A DNA stretch of 64,000 bases, taken from Octopus vulgaris. Its lineage: Eukaryota. The position numbers were made by a program, and so were the translations under genes. Shown one piece after another: positions 41,500 through 55,784 of this stretch (the stretch's first letter is position 1; every line of letters begins with the position of its first letter). The stretch is from assembly GCA_951406725.2 (NCBI GenBank), contig OX597814.1:13268001-13332000 (forward strand). Reading direction: 5' to 3'. A model generated the notes under the pieces. It did not search any database. It had not been told where the DNA came from and was given only the letters and a program-made list of their open reading frames with translations.

Positions 41500-42880
41500 A
41501 AAGTATTATTAATACTATTATTATTTAATATGAATGTACTCGGTTAAATTAACTTACCATCAGATGTGGGGAGGATTAGTAGTGAGTGATTATAGGTCGG
41601 AATAATACGGAATAATACGAACTAAAAAAGTAATGTTCCCATGATGCATTTTTGTAGTTTCGTGGATCATGTTTACTATTTAGATAATACGTTAATTAAA
41701 TAATAGTTTAAAAGAAGCAGGAAGGAGGTATGTGAGTACTTTGCTGGTGGACTTAAGCAATGTCAAGCCATAATTAAGACGTTGTACGATAATGGAGCCA
41801 TCGGTGACTTGCATATTTTCCTTTATGTTACCATCAAATTATTTTATTTTATTTTGTAAATATTTATAAGTTATCATTCGTATCATTTGTAAATTTTGCA
41901 TTTCGTAATTAGTACTATAGCTTTTATTTGAAAATCTTTTTTCGTCATTACCTCCATTTTTATTCGTATATATTTTTCTTGCCATTCCTTTCATTTCATA
42001 TCATTTTATATTATTACAAGTATATATTTTATTTTTAATTATTACTAATTTTATATTTATAGATATAAGTTACGTAAGAACATAGTTTTAGTAATTTTTT
42101 TTTTTTCGTATTTTTATTTCTTATTTTATTTTCGTAATTTCAATTTTAATTTTTTAATTATTTATTTTTTATTTGAATTAAATTATGGCTTGTACTGAAG
42201 GGTCAGACGAACCTATTTTACACATACTTATGGGTTTAAAAAAAAGGTAAAATGTAGTTTATAGTATTGAACTATGGGAAAGGGATATAGAGGCCTGGTG
42301 ATTAGGGCTCTTTAGAATAACTCTAAAATGTATCTGTGTATATACAAATAATATTGTTTTATAGTAGGGAAATGTTCTGATACTATATGATTTCATTCTC
42401 CCTGTCCCCAAAGCATTAGCCTGCAAATTTAGCCGCTATAATCTTGTCTGGAGTATATTCTTACTGAACCAAATGGCTTTACTTCAAAGAAATCTTGATT
42501 TATGACTCTGCCATTTAAATTGTCTATTTATTTTGCCCTATCCATGAAGGATACACACGGGTTTCTCTTAGATTTGATTAAATAGCCTATAAATGAAAAC
42601 TGCACCCCCCCCCATTAGTAAATCTAAATAACAGTTTACATTTCTGTAAATCTATATAACAGAAATAATCAATGATAAGCAGTGTCTTTTTTTAAAAAAT
42701 CTCAGTTACAACTGTGATGTTGTTGATAAAACATTTTCTTTGTCTATCTACGTATCCTCTTGGTAATTTTGGATAAAGAATTATACAAATGAGTCCTTCG
42801 AATTTAACTAAATTCTATATTGTTATGCAGCTGAAGATTGCTCTACATTTTAAATTGATGTAATGTTTGCATTGTTCAAT
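41500..42880 (-). mobile_element. Very decayed PLE RT remnant
   Basis: Scattered minus-strand motifs similar to those in 43950-45830 (PISYV.NR.SDP-like). Confidence 0.35.
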
Positions 42881-42883
42881 TAA

Positions 42884-42937
<54 letters not shown>

Positions 42938-42941
<4 letters not shown>

Positions 42942-43889
42942 TACTTTGCCACATACTGAATGTTTTAGAAATAGCGTCCAAAAAGAATCTCCCAGATAGT
43001 GTTTACTCAAAAATAATTCACGTAGATATGGAGGGAAAATACAAAATATCACATGTACAAAGATTATTTGAGAACACTCACGTTTCTAGAATATTTTTGA
43101 GTAAACACTATATGGAAGACTCTTCTTAAAATAGTGGAAATGGCTAAAAAAGCCTTTTTAGCTGCTATTTCTAAAAATTTCAGTATGTGGCAAAGTAAAT
43201 TATTTTACTGAGCCCTAATTATATAACGTAAAATATTGACTACGCCTTGAATGGTCATTTTACATACTGAACACTACTTGGTGAAGTTAATTAATAATTA
43301 ATTGATTTTACCCTTCATCATTGATAATACAATTCCTTTCTCCCTGTTTTTTTAACTGCGGTTCTCACCGTTATAAGCTGTTTACTCTATAACTCACGTG
43401 GATGGAAGCGGGAAGAACATAAATCTTCACACGTACTGTTTGAATTTGCTGGCACTGGCAGCTTGGAGGTGTTTGTCTGAGATGATTCATGTCGGATGGG
43501 TATGTTCATTTTTTTAGTGCTTTCAAATCCAAATTAAGAAATGTTGAGCTGACGAAAGAAATGTCGAGTTTAATTCGACTAATCTAGAAACGTGAGCGTT
43601 CTCAAATAAATCTTTGTACATGTGATATTTTGTATTTTCCCTCCATATCTACGTGAGTTATTTTTTAGTAAACACTATCTGGGAGACTCTTCTTAAAGTA
43701 GTGGAAATGGCTAAAAAACGTTTTGGCTGCTATTTCTAAAAATTTCAGTATGTGGCAAAGTAAATTATTTTACTGAACCCTAAATTATATAACGTAATAT
43801 ATTGAATACGCCTTGAATGGTCCTTTTACATACTGAACACTACTTGGTGAAATTAATTAATAATTAATTGATTTTACCCTTAATCATTG

Positions 43890-43893
<4 letters not shown>
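42938..43893 (+). mobile_element. Non-coding retrozyme-like / non-autonomous PLE (family H2): inverted arm plus partial tandem of a ~567-bp unit
   Basis: 42938-43090 is an inverted copy of ~43584-43770. 43095-43328 repeats at 43662-43893 (period 566-567). (TA)n on both sides. Confidence 0.85.
43544..43605 (+). ncRNA. Type I hammerhead ribozyme with extended stem II
   Basis: ttgag CTGACGA a-aga-aat-gtcga-gtttaat-tcgac-taa-tct-a GAA Acg-tgag-cgT T ctcaa. Perfect 5-bp stem I, GUU triplet. Confidence 0.8.
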
Positions 43894-43943
<50 letters not shown>

Positions 43944-43949
43944 AACACC

Positions 43950-45830
43950 ATTAGACTAAAATCATGGTCTACTTAAGTAGTTAAATGGTTCAATAATATT
44001 CCTAATAAAAGCCAAACTAGATTCCTACAAATAGATATCGCAAAATGCTAAGTTTTAATTAACTCTATTCTACTCAGTAAGGTACTTAGATTTGCAATGA
44101 ATAACTCAGGGCTAAACTGAAATTAGGTAGATGTTATGTTTACATCTAGAAAGTCAATCATTAAATTTGAAGATAAATATGGATTAGGAAAGATCGACCA
44201 GATATATTCTATATAGCTATGGGCTAAATAGATTCAGCACAAATGACAGATTTAGTCGGAATCCATATACCATGATGCATGAACTAGGAACTCCCTGAAG
44301 TCCGAGGAGGTCTATATAGAGATGGTGGACTTTTCCGACAGAATAACGCTTCAAATAGGGATTTAGAAAAAGACCGGAGAAATTCGTAACATTTTTCAAA
44401 AATTTAGCTCTTAGCATATTTATTGAAGAGGAGCATAATTCAGTAAAGTTCCTAGATATAGTACTAGAAACAAATACTTACAAACCTTACCGCAAACCGA
44501 ACGAAGACCCCAGATATATAAGTGTAAATACTGACCATCCGCCTAGCCTAACGCACAAACTAGAAAATATTTCAACCCGAATCTCCAATCGCTCTGCTAA
44601 TGAAGAAATTTGTAAACTAAATATGGATTACTTCAATTAAGCTGTAGAAAAATGGGTACCGGAAAAAATTAAATTTTGTAAAACTAATAGCATTGAAAAT
44701 AAACATAGTACGGCCCAAATTAACCAGGGAACCAATGATAATACTAGGACAGATAATGCCTATAACATAACTTAATACCATAGAAATAAAACTATAGTCG
44801 ATGAGAAAATTAGAAATGAAGATGTAAATAAGGATTGTAATTAACATAAATAATAAACTCTAACCTTAATAACGGGAGACAAATGTATAACAAGCATAAC
44901 AACCTAACAAATGATAAAAAATACAGCATTCTAATAATGCTAAAAGCTATAACAACGAATTTAACACCCGACCTAAATCAACTGCTAAAAAATACGAAAA
45001 CAATAAAATTAAACACAAAAAATTAACACAATGAAAAGTAACATTAAAACGTTTACTCCGACTTTAAACAATAATTGCAATCTAAGCCATAATTTAAGAA
45101 ACGTTTAATAATCCGCTTCGCTAAGCAAGTTAAATAAAAATTACCTTGAATGTTCTACGAAGCACTGAATAATGTTTGTCCGATAACGAATAAAAACAAT
45201 AATTTATTGATGAAACGAAAAATGAGAATCGCATTCTTCAGCTCTAAAAATTTTGCTCATATTATAGCTGCCCACAACGCCAAACGAATTAAGAAAGAAC
45301 AGAACAATAAAATTAATAACGTAAATAATAATGAAAACCAAAGTAAATATAATTATGATATGATAAGACTAATTTGAAAACGATGACAAGATGATTAATC
45401 CAAATTCTATTGAAAGCAGCACTAAGAAAATAAATAAAGATCAAAGGGAAAGCATTCATCAAAACAATTCTATAGATTCTATAACTAGTAAACAATCTCA
45501 GTATAGATAATCAGATGAAATATAAAGCATTATTAAATCTATAACAAAACGTAGATAACTCTATTCACGGAAAAAGTGATTGCGCTAGGAGAGTGCAATG
45601 TAAATTTTAGAATGACTGTAAAGTAAGAAATACCGTCTAAAGGCGTATACTTATCATTGATAAACATAAATATCACTATACATGTGCTACCTCTTGCTTT
45701 GTAAATCAAAGGATAGCAAATCATGAAGGTTAGTTAAGAAATAGTACTAAAACGATTTCAACAGGTCTTAGTAAACTCATATAGTAGGTGAAGATTGAAA
45801 ATATAAAATATTCATAAAATGTGAAATATA
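43950..45830 (+). mobile_element. Decayed Penelope-like element (RT + GIY-YIG)
   Basis: GGLYRDGGLF (YRDD), VKFLDIVLETNTYKPYRKPNEDPRYISVNTDHPPS, ISTRISNRSANEEI, NFAHIIAAHN, GEC, STGLSKLI. Confidence 0.85.
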
Positions 45831-45939
45831 TATGTATGTATGTATGTATGTACATTTATATCGAATTTCTCCGAGTAAAAATCCGATGGTGCGTAATCTG
45901 TCTTCAGCTGTCACCCGATGTTCCAGTTTATTTATTGCC

Positions 45940-46140
45940 TACTTAGAATCTCCCTTTATTTTCTCTATATATTTTCTTTATTTCCTCTCCTTGTTTCTTT
46001 CTGTGTTCGTTTCTGTGGAAGAGCGTAGACTCGAAACATTAAAGACTTTTTCACTTTTCCCTTCCCGAGCGTTATACTAATACATCTGTCTGTTTTCTAC
46101 ATCACCTGTTTTCGTCTTATTTCTTTTGTGAACTCTCCCT
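45940..46140 (+). mobile_element. PLE pLTR-like unit (family H1) with hammerhead motif 46009-46044
   Basis: ttt CTGTGGA a gagc gtag actc GAAA cat TA aag. Ends ...gaactctccct then (TA)n. Confidence 0.75.
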
Positions 46141-46145
46141 AAATA

Positions 46146-46210
<65 letters not shown>

Positions 46211-47185
46211 GTTTCTATGTGATATTTTAGTTTGCCTTGTATTCGAAATGTTCAAGTGCTGATATAATTTACTTTTCAGTTTCTGAAACTTATTCGTCTG
46301 ATACCCATTAAACAGACAGATTTTCTCAGCAGAGACAGCGATGTGCTTCAGCTATTGCAATCATCTACGTGATACGTATTAAGGATGAGATTAGAAAAAA
46401 AAGACAAAAACAAAAAAAAAAAGTTTTGTTTTTTCCTATGTGATGATAATTTGTTTCAGAATGAAAAGACTGGCTGAAAGGTAGCAATTCTATTAATCTT
46501 GCCTAAAAATTTTACGTAATATATTACATTTCATGAGATATCTTCTGATTAGATAAAACAATCCGTGCTTCAAAAGTGTACCGATTGTTAGCTGAAATGT
46601 AAGGCAATGGAAAGTTAATAAAATTGTCTGGTCTATTTTGTATTTGTTACCAGTGAATGTGTTATCAGCTATTTCAGTTTCGTTTTGAATCTGAAGTAAA
46701 TGAATGCAATTGATAAAAAATTAGACTAACAATTCACTCATCTCAAAGACTCTTTTCTATCTTACTATGTAATTAGATCAAACTATGTTAGATGCTCATT
46801 CTCATAAGGCAGCAATGCAGGCTTGAAAGAGGACAGAATAACCGTTTTAAATGCATTGCTCAAAAGACTAAAAAAGTAGTATTTAAATTTATTTCACTGT
46901 AACAACCTGACATAGATTATTTGTATGTATGTATGTATGTATGTATGTATGTATGTATGCATGTATGTATGCATGTAGGTATATAGGCATGTATGTATGT
47001 ATGCATGTATGTATGTATGCATGCACGTATGTATGTGTGCACGTATATGGATAGCTACTATAGAAAATGTGAAATACACACACAGCGTATAAAAGGGGAA
47101 ATACACAAACACAGACTCGCGCGCGCACTCACTCGCACATACACTCGTACATACATATACATGCTTAAACAATATGAATTACAAC

Positions 47186-47419
47186 CTATTTCTTTACTAC
47201 CCACAAGGGGCTGAACACTGAGGGGACCAACAAGGACAGACAAACGGACTAAGTCGATTATATCGGCCCTAGTGCGTAACTGGTACTTAATTTATCAACC
47301 CCGAAAGGATGAAAGGCAAAGTTGACCTCGGCGGAGTTTGAACTCGGAACGTAACGGCAGACGAAATACGGCTACGCATTTCGCCCGGCGTGCTTACATT
47401 TCTACCAGCTCGCCGCTTT
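47186..47419 (-). mobile_element. SINE family B with 15-bp TSD
   Basis: Full head to tail. aatatgaattacaac (47171-47185) and aatatgatttacaac (47420-47434) flank it. Confidence 0.9.
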
Positions 47420-47727
47420 AATATGATTTACAACAGCTCGAGCTGTATAAACAGAATTGAACACACGTACACAATGTATGGGAGTTGTGAGTTCGCATCT
47501 TATGCGTAAGAGAATATTTCCTAAATCTGCCTGGTGTTAAAAACCCCTGAAAGTATATTATGACTTACTTTCATGTGATTTTAACACCTGGTGCATTGAG
47601 AAATACGGAGCCGACCCACGAAATCACAACATAGACATTTTGTGTATGCGTTCGATTCTGTTTATATATTCATATATATAAATATATTTGTGTGTTTATA
47701 TATACATATATGTATATAATGTGTATA

Positions 47728-47802
<75 letters not shown>

Positions 47803-47889
47803 GTTATATTTTAGTGTTCAAAAAAGTATGTTAGTGGATAGTTGAGATGGCTAATCAGCAGATTTAGATCTCTGTGAGTTAATTACAGA

Positions 47890-48120
47890 AATTACAGGAA
47901 TGTTAACACATTGCCACCGGTTGACAAACGAGGTTGTGGGTCAAACATAGACACACACTCCGTGCGCGCACGAGCAAATACATGTTTATACAATAGGCTT
48001 CTTATAGTTTCCATGTTCCCTATCCAGTCACAAGCCTTTGGTCGGCTCGAGGATATAGTAGAAGACACTTGGCCAAGGTGCAACATAATGAGGCTGAACC
48101 CAGATCCCAGATAGTTGGAA
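47890..48120 (-). mobile_element. SINE family A, degenerate
   Basis: cacaagcctttggtcggctcgagg.tatagtagaagacacttggccaaggtg. Confidence 0.7.
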
Positions 48121-48300
48121 TATAAAGAAAAACAATAGACGAAGACAGGTGTATAAACAACAAATATGTGTATTAATTTAACGCTCAGGAAGATGAGGAA
48201 GCCTTTTACGTTTTCAGCCTACGCTCTTCAACAGAAAGGAACAGGAGAAAATAAACAGATAGAGAATAAAAAAGCTTTAGCGACTAGTGGTCACTAATGG
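48120..48300 (-). mobile_element. 3' pLTR (family H1) of the adjacent PLE, hammerhead at 48202-48239
   Basis: ccttt CTGTTGA a gagc gtag gct GAAAA cg TA aaagg. Lies downstream of and co-oriented with the PLE RT remnant. Confidence 0.75.
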
Positions 48301-48599
48301 CGGCTGGCTGGATAGCGGTGGTTAGACAGGAATGCTAGGAAGACGAGTTAATAATAAAGTATTCGTGATTCCAAAACGGAGGTGCGCGTTCGCGTCTATG
48401 TAATAGTGTGTGTGTGTGCGTGTAAATATGGGTTGGTGACCTTGACGTGTGGATGTGTGCGTTTGTAAGTGTGGGTGTCTCTAATGTGTGGGTGTGTAGA
48501 TGATGGTGTGGGTGCTGGGAATTGGTCAGTGTTAATGTTTGCGGGGTGGTGTCATGTGGTGCGGTGTGACTTGATGTGGTCTGGTGGTGCATGTTGTGG

Positions 48600-49570
48600 G
48601 TTCTGGGAAATGAACAGTGCTAGTGTGCGGGCTTGTGTGATGTGGTAAATGCCGTTGGTAAAACTGCCTGTAAAGGAGTCAGTGATATGTTAGTGACGAT
48701 GATAGATGCCTGTGAGTGTAGTGGTATTGGAGAGGTAGGAGCATGTGCGGCAGTGTGGGCGGGAGCAGAGGACCGAGCCAGGTTGGGAGGTGGGTAAGAG
48801 AAAGAAACTGTAGACCAGGAGGTCACATAGGTGGTAGTTTCGTTTGAAGGCAGGGAGGGACAGGCTGGGGAATATTTACGAAGTAGAGGGGTCGGACTGT
48901 GTCACGGGAAGGGGCGGAGAATAATGCGTTGGAGAGGCAGGATGGATGGGTGGTAGGTGAGGGAAAACGGGAGTGGTAACGACGGGGCGGGGCGGGGAGA
49001 GTGAGCAGAGTCACGGTCTACGAAAGCGTTCTGGCAACGGCGGTGAGGATCGTGGTGAGGGGATATCCACGAAGGATGGATTGGCGAGCCATGATTTGAA
49101 ACTGAGTCTCAAATGTATGGTCTTCACTACAGATCCTGCGCACACTGAGGGATTGGGAGTAGGGGATAGAGAGCTTGGTGTGGGTAGACTGGGAGAAGGA
49201 GGGAATTGGTGTATAAGTGTGAGTTGGTGTGTTTGTAGTGGATGGAAGTGGTGAGAGTGGAATGGTGTATGTTGACCGAAATGTCGAGAAAGGCGACGGA
49301 AATATTGGAAATGGGGCAGGAGAATTCGAGGACAGGGTGGAAAGATTGGACAAAAGAAAAGGAGTCTAGTTGCCTGCAGGAGAGCGAGGTCTCGCCGATA
49401 CATTCATCAGTACAAAGACTGTATATTTCTATGGGGCAGTTACAGGGGGAGACGATGGGCCGGCCAGGGTTTTTATGTTTGTGGATTTTGTGAAGTAACT
49501 GGTGGGGGTGCGAGGAGTGAGGATGGTGAGTTTTGAGGCGGTGGGATGGAGGGCAGAGGGCAGTACAAGG
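48600..49570 (-). mobile_element. Neptune-like PLE RT remnant, internally deleted
   Basis: HKIHK..NPGRPIVS.C.CP.E jumps to TDECIG (YIDD-like); VAFLDISV; SIHYK.TNSH; SIPYSQSLSVRRICS; RGYP; linker CSRPHCRTC...ITDSFT...NGIY. Confidence 0.88.
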
Positions 49571-49614
49571 TGTTTTGCTATATGCATGTATATATATATA
49601 TATATACACATTAT

Positions 49615-49675
<61 letters not shown>

Positions 49676-51840
49676 CATATTAACATTGCACGAATATGGG
49701 TGTGAAGTTAGTTGGCTATAATCCATATTCTCATATTAGATTACATGACGGAAATACCAAATAATATTACCTGTAACTTGTTTGCAATTGATTAATAGTT
49801 TTTACATTACTTCACAGTTCTACGCAGGAAGAAGAAAGGAGTGGGACATGATGATTCTGAAATTAGGACGACGACATTCGAAATGTTGTGTGTCTGTGTA
49901 GGATCTGAACAAGAATGGCATTTATTGTGATGCGGGATGCTGCGTTCGAATAGAGATCTTAATGCGTAATTGCCACATACACCACGGGTGCGAAAGAGGA
50001 TTGCTTGTATGAGTCAAATGTAAACGCATAACAGCAATAATTGACATCAGCGGGCATGTTTTGTGCCTGAGGCATAGAATCATGACAATAATACGGATCT
50101 AAATTAGAAAGAATCGAAAACAAATGATAGTATACTTGGTGTTAATGGCGTGGAAATAAAAGAATCGAAATAGAACTCGGAGTTTTTGAGATTGAAGGAA
50201 ACAACGGCAGATAGAGTGTGGGTGGAATGGTGTATGTGTGTGTGTACATGCGTGTTTTTAAATTAATTTCGTAAATTATAATATGATGACATTGCATATG
50301 CTTTATGATATAATTGTTTTGAACAAGTAGTTTTGAATTACTTCTAAAACATTTCCTGGCATAGAAATTAAAAATCAATTAAGCCTGCATTTATCTTCAA
50401 CTGTAGGACAATGAAAAATTCATTTTTGACGTTTTAATCACACACACAAAACATAAAATCTGTTTTCTTGACTTAATGTTAAAATAGCTAAATGTTTCAA
50501 ATAGCTAAATAATTGGTCACATGCTGCGATGTTGCCATATGCAGTTTTCACTGCACTATGCAAAACGAATGAAACAATGATAGTAATATCTTGTCGAGAA
50601 TAAAGTTGGACCTCTTTGCAGGTGTTTATCTAAGGACTGCTTTTATAATGCTTTTTATAATGTATTGCGCTCTGCATTCAAGAAAATGTTACGAAAGCTA
50701 ACGGTAGATTTGCCTTTTAGTGATTTCTGATTTGTAGCTTTAGAGAACTTTTGCATAAATGACTAGATAATGAGTCAATATATATCTAATATTACCTCGT
50801 ATGAGAATCGGAGTTTTTATTATCTACATGTCAGATTGACAATTACAAGCATCCGGTTTCAAACCCAGGAATTTATATGAATGCATAAAGGGAATGGATT
50901 GTATACGCTAGATGATTTGAAGCGTGCGGCCATATAAGACACACATATTGTCGGAAATATGTCGTGATATTTCATGAGATATTTGAATACATGGAGTGAT
51001 AGAAGCTTGTAAAGAATCCTAAATCATAATTCCATCAATCAATTATGGTGGAGCGCTATAAGGAAACTTTTGGACACTACATAAAAAAACGGTTTTCTAT
51101 TAAAAAAAATATCTGCAAATTGAATACAATAGCATTCCGTGCTCTTAAATACAACTAATATTCCATCACACAATTGCTGCACTTGCTTGTTGCTGATTCC
51201 GATAAATTCCCTTGCCTAACATTTGTAACTTCAGAACATGTGTATAGTTCATATCGTTTACATTATTCAGTATGCGATACCTCTCCTAAACTTTCAGATA
51301 GCGTAAAAGAATATATTTACATAAAACCTATTCGAAAGCATATCTCATACAGCTTTAATATTTTGAACAGCTAGGAATAAAAGAAGGAACAGAAAGAAAC
51401 ATTCCATTATTTGTATAACATGTTAAAAGTAAATATGAGAAAAACTAAAACATAAAATACATGAGTATATGAAGTGGGTATAAAGAACTCACTAAAAACT
51501 ATTCACAAATTTGTTCAGACATTGAAATTATTGTTAATTTTCTTTTAAAATATCCACATGTTATTAAGTAGCTAATTGCTACTAAAACACTGCTCTCCTG
51601 TTGTTATTGCTATGTATTTATAAAATATGTTTTGTAGGAGATTCTAATATAGAGGGGGAAATAGAAAAGGAGGACAGAATGTATTATGCTACGGTTTTTA
51701 ATCTACTCACACTTTCTGAAATCGGAGACTCATTTGCACGTAGTAATGCCTTCCTGCTTAATCCCATCATCTCAATAATCATAATTACAATATAACTCGA
51801 CTTTCTCACAACCATCAGCATCATAGTCATCTTTTATATA

Positions 51841-53057
51841 TTATAACCTCTTTTATGCCTTGCCTTGAGACTAAGTCGTCACAAGTAGCTGGGACAATTG
51901 TCTGCCATTCTTCATAAATTTTGGCTTCTAATTCGCTTTTTGAAGAATGTTTGTGCATTCCCACTCTTTTACCTTAGTGTGACCATAGGTGTTCAATGGA
52001 AACTGAAGTGGCCATTTCTTCACCCTCGTCCTTTTCTCCTCAAACCAACCCATTTAAATTCTGGATGTGTTGCATGGAGCACTGTCTTGTTCAAAGATTA
52101 CGGCATGTGGTATGTTATCATTGAAAACTTTGGCTACGGAAGTTTGATAAACTTGATCTAACATGCTGGTGTAAGTGTTGGAATTCATTCATCCCTCACA
52201 AGTGACCAAGTTTCCTGGGACTGAAGACAACACGCAGTCCCAAACTGTTACGCTTCCTTCTCCAAATTTTGCTGTTGAGACCCCACATCTAGGATGATAA
52301 GCCTTTCCAACTTTACGGCGAGCATAAAGAGATCCAGTTGTTCCAAAGTTCTGAGTAGAAAAAAAAATTACTGCTCATTTTTGTCATCCATTAAGAAACA
52401 TTAGCAAATGTAATGATTTCAGTTATGCCAACTAAAGTGGTGGAAATAAATATTTACATTCATCAGATTAAACAACTTTAGCCTATTTATCATCAGTTCA
52501 ATCTTCATGTTCTTTTCCCCAAGACAATCGCTTCCTGATATTCACCCCATACAGCAACGATTTTATTTGGCTTTACATCGTTTGAACTCAACTTCTAATA
52601 ATCTGCTTATCACTGTGCGAGTTTATATCTCCCTTGTTTTGCCACCCGGACCTCGGCAGCCGCGTCAGAAGATATTTTTTTTATCGGCAAGATATGTTCT
52701 CTTTAGTAGCCTGTCTTTCCTCGTGGTTAAACACGTTTTGACACCTCACCCTTTATGGGTTTTGAAAAAAATCGGTCTCATTGTACTTTTTGATGGTTGA
52801 TTGGACACCTTTTCTCAGGCATTTCAATCTTCTTGCCATTCCAACTTGCAATGGTTTAAGTCCATTTAGCCTCAGGAAACTGTTTCTCCGGATATATTTT
52901 CAACAAATATTAACCATTGATAAGTTATCAATAAGATATTCATTGTAAAAGTATAAAACCTTAGTGTCACGCAATGAGTAGCTGAAAATTGGCCCACCCA
53001 CTTGCGCCGACTTAGTTTCAAGTATGCGGTGCGAAAACGCATAAAAGTGGTTATAAA
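51841..53057 (-). mobile_element. Tc1-like transposon relic with TIRs
   Basis: TIR pair ttataacctcttttatgc..cttgagactaagtcg..caagt / acttgcgccgacttagtttcaag...gcataaaagtggttataa. Minus-strand GEGSVTVWDC...EG*MNSNTY...EQDSAPC. Confidence 0.78.
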
Positions 53058-54929
53058 ACAAAGGACACATCAAATACTAATTATTGATGGGACAGAGTCT
53101 AGAATGTTTATTATACTGTTTTCAAATATTAAGTGAGTTTCCTGCATATTTTTGTTTCATAATTTTGTCCGAAGCTGTATCTAGGTTGTAGTTTTATTTA
53201 TTTTTCTTAATATTCAATGTAACTAATGCAGTCGTTTATGTTTTTTTCTTACTGTCTAACAGTTCAGCTTAGTAATCCTATAAGAGTTTTGTTTAAAATA
53301 TGTTCCATGAAAATGTTTGCCCTTGTAACTATGACAAAATTTTTCTTCGGGTAAACAAGTAAAATAAGATCAATTTCTTCTGCATACTTGTACTTTTAAT
53401 CTGTTTTTCTGTGTATAGGAACAGTTTCACGCATATCGTTACTCACAGTTTTGAAACTAAATATATCTTACAATAATGGATCAACTTATTCTGGCAGCTT
53501 GAAATATCTGAACTCAAGAACTATCAGTTATTCTCCTTAATAAAATTTCAGAACTATACGGAAACAGTATTCGTTGAAGATTAAAATTCTTTTGCATTAG
53601 AGAACTCTAAATTACAGTTTCTATTCTCTTATTATTTTTAGTAAACATAAATATGTAGTAAACGTAATTATTTAAGAATAAGACCTATCGTTCTTTAAAA
53701 TTACATTGGATGAGTCACAATTGTATTGCGCATTATGTAAAAAGAGCAAACACATGTACACAGATATGCGTATATAAAAATACTTTTCGTTTGATATTGT
53801 TTCTTTTTCCCTAAAATATATCAATTTTTACTGGTCTGAGAATCAGGAAAGTGATGTCTTTGAATAGACTACGGGAATGCATAAAATATAGAATGTAATT
53901 GGTTTTATCGACATACTTCGGAAAATATTAGAAACCAACTCCTCACTTTAAGAGATACTAATATTAATGAATATCAGACAAAGGACATTAACACATCTAA
54001 GTAATTAACACACTTCGCTAATGGTATCCCTGCACAAGAAAGTTGATAACTATGGTGTTGTGTTCAGTCTACCAAATATTTACATCACATAATTCTTCCT
54101 TGCGAGTCTCATTATTGCGTATAATCAGAAGAGATGGCGAAACTAGAATACCTGATGTAAATTGTTCAAAGATTCTTAAAATGCCTGTGAGATTCACATT
54201 TATTGATCTATAACCACGTCAGAAAACTTCAGGAAGTTTTTAAAGAACATAAAAGAGTACATACTCCATATTGTTTATCAAAGAATTTTGAAGAGGTTAT
54301 TTTATACATAAAATCACTGTCTGTTCCATGATAGTCTGGTAACTTTTGAGGCAAAATTAATTAGTTTTCATATTTGTAACTGGTTATGCTTCATAATAGA
54401 CGAATGTATAAAACAAACCTGCGTCTCAGTGAGCCACTCAGTATATACATATACATATACATACATATACATACATACATACATATATATAGATAGACAG
54501 AGATGCATAAAGAAAGAGAAAAAAGATATATGGACAGAGAGATAGGCGGACAGACAGACAGACAAATACATAGATAGGTATATTGATAGTGTGTTACTTA
54601 GTATTTAAGGTATTGCACTCACAATCGTTACGTTGTAGGTTCGATTTCCGGACTGGGCGTCGTGTTACATTCTTTAGCTAACAATTACTCCCACGTGGAT
54701 ATGCGAATATTGCAATAAATAGATGCAAAGATAGTAGATATCGATATAAATATATTTAATACATATATATTACATAGAGCCTATAAACTGTGGTTTTCGT
54801 CACGGAACAGTATCCCTTATATATCAGTAGTAGACGTAAGTTGAACTGCTAAATGCGTGCTTCGAGTTTTTGAGAGTCATCAATAGCATATCTCTCCTGG
54901 CAACGTTTTTAACATAGAATTCTGTAAAG

Positions 54930-55086
54930 CATAGGCGCGGCTGTGTACTACAACGCTTGCTTCCCAACTTCGTGTTTCCCTGTTCAGCCTCACTGCGTCG
55001 CACTCTGCCCAAGTGTCCCCTATTATAGTGTCGGGATAACTAAAATTTGAGAGTGCTACCGATAGGAGAAAACTGAAAGAAACCCG

Positions 55087-55137
<51 letters not shown>

Positions 55138-55440
55138 ACACACACACACACCACACACATACACACATACAAACAAACAAACATACACACATCACGCATA
55201 TATATATATACATGTGTGTATGTGTGGATGTGTGTGTTTGTGTAAGAGTGTCTTTGTATCTACGCTGGTCCGTTATCTCCGCTTATCAATCGATGTTACA
55301 ATGTTTACGGCCCCAAAGGCACCGTTAGAGTAGGTAAGAAGCTTTAACAATAATAAGTACCGGAGTCGATTTATTTGAGAAATTTATTGAGAAATTCATG
55401 AAGGCGATGCTCCAGCATCGCCGCAGTCTATAATGACTCA
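54930..55440 (+). mobile_element. SINE family A, old divergent copy
   Basis: ggcgcggctgtgt...aaactgaaagaaacccgtcgta(CA)n...aaggcgatgctccagcatcgccgcagtc. Confidence 0.7.
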
Positions 55441-55746
55441 AAGATAGATCATACTTAATTTCGATGTAATGTAGAATGCTTGGGTACTGGTTTCATTTAT
55501 GTACTCAAGACTTTGGATTGGAACACATAAATGAATATACGAAGACACACATATATGTTTGTATTTCTGTGCGTGTGCTCTTGCGTGTAGTATCAATTTA
55601 TTTATGGCCACATAATTATATGACATATGTGTTTATTTTGATACACGAAGAGGCACTGGCTTCATCTACTTACATAACACGTATCACAAACACAAACACA
55701 CACACATATTCCTCTCTCTCTATATATATATATGCATGTATGTATT

Positions 55747-55782
<36 letters not shown>

Positions 55783-55784
<2 letters not shown>

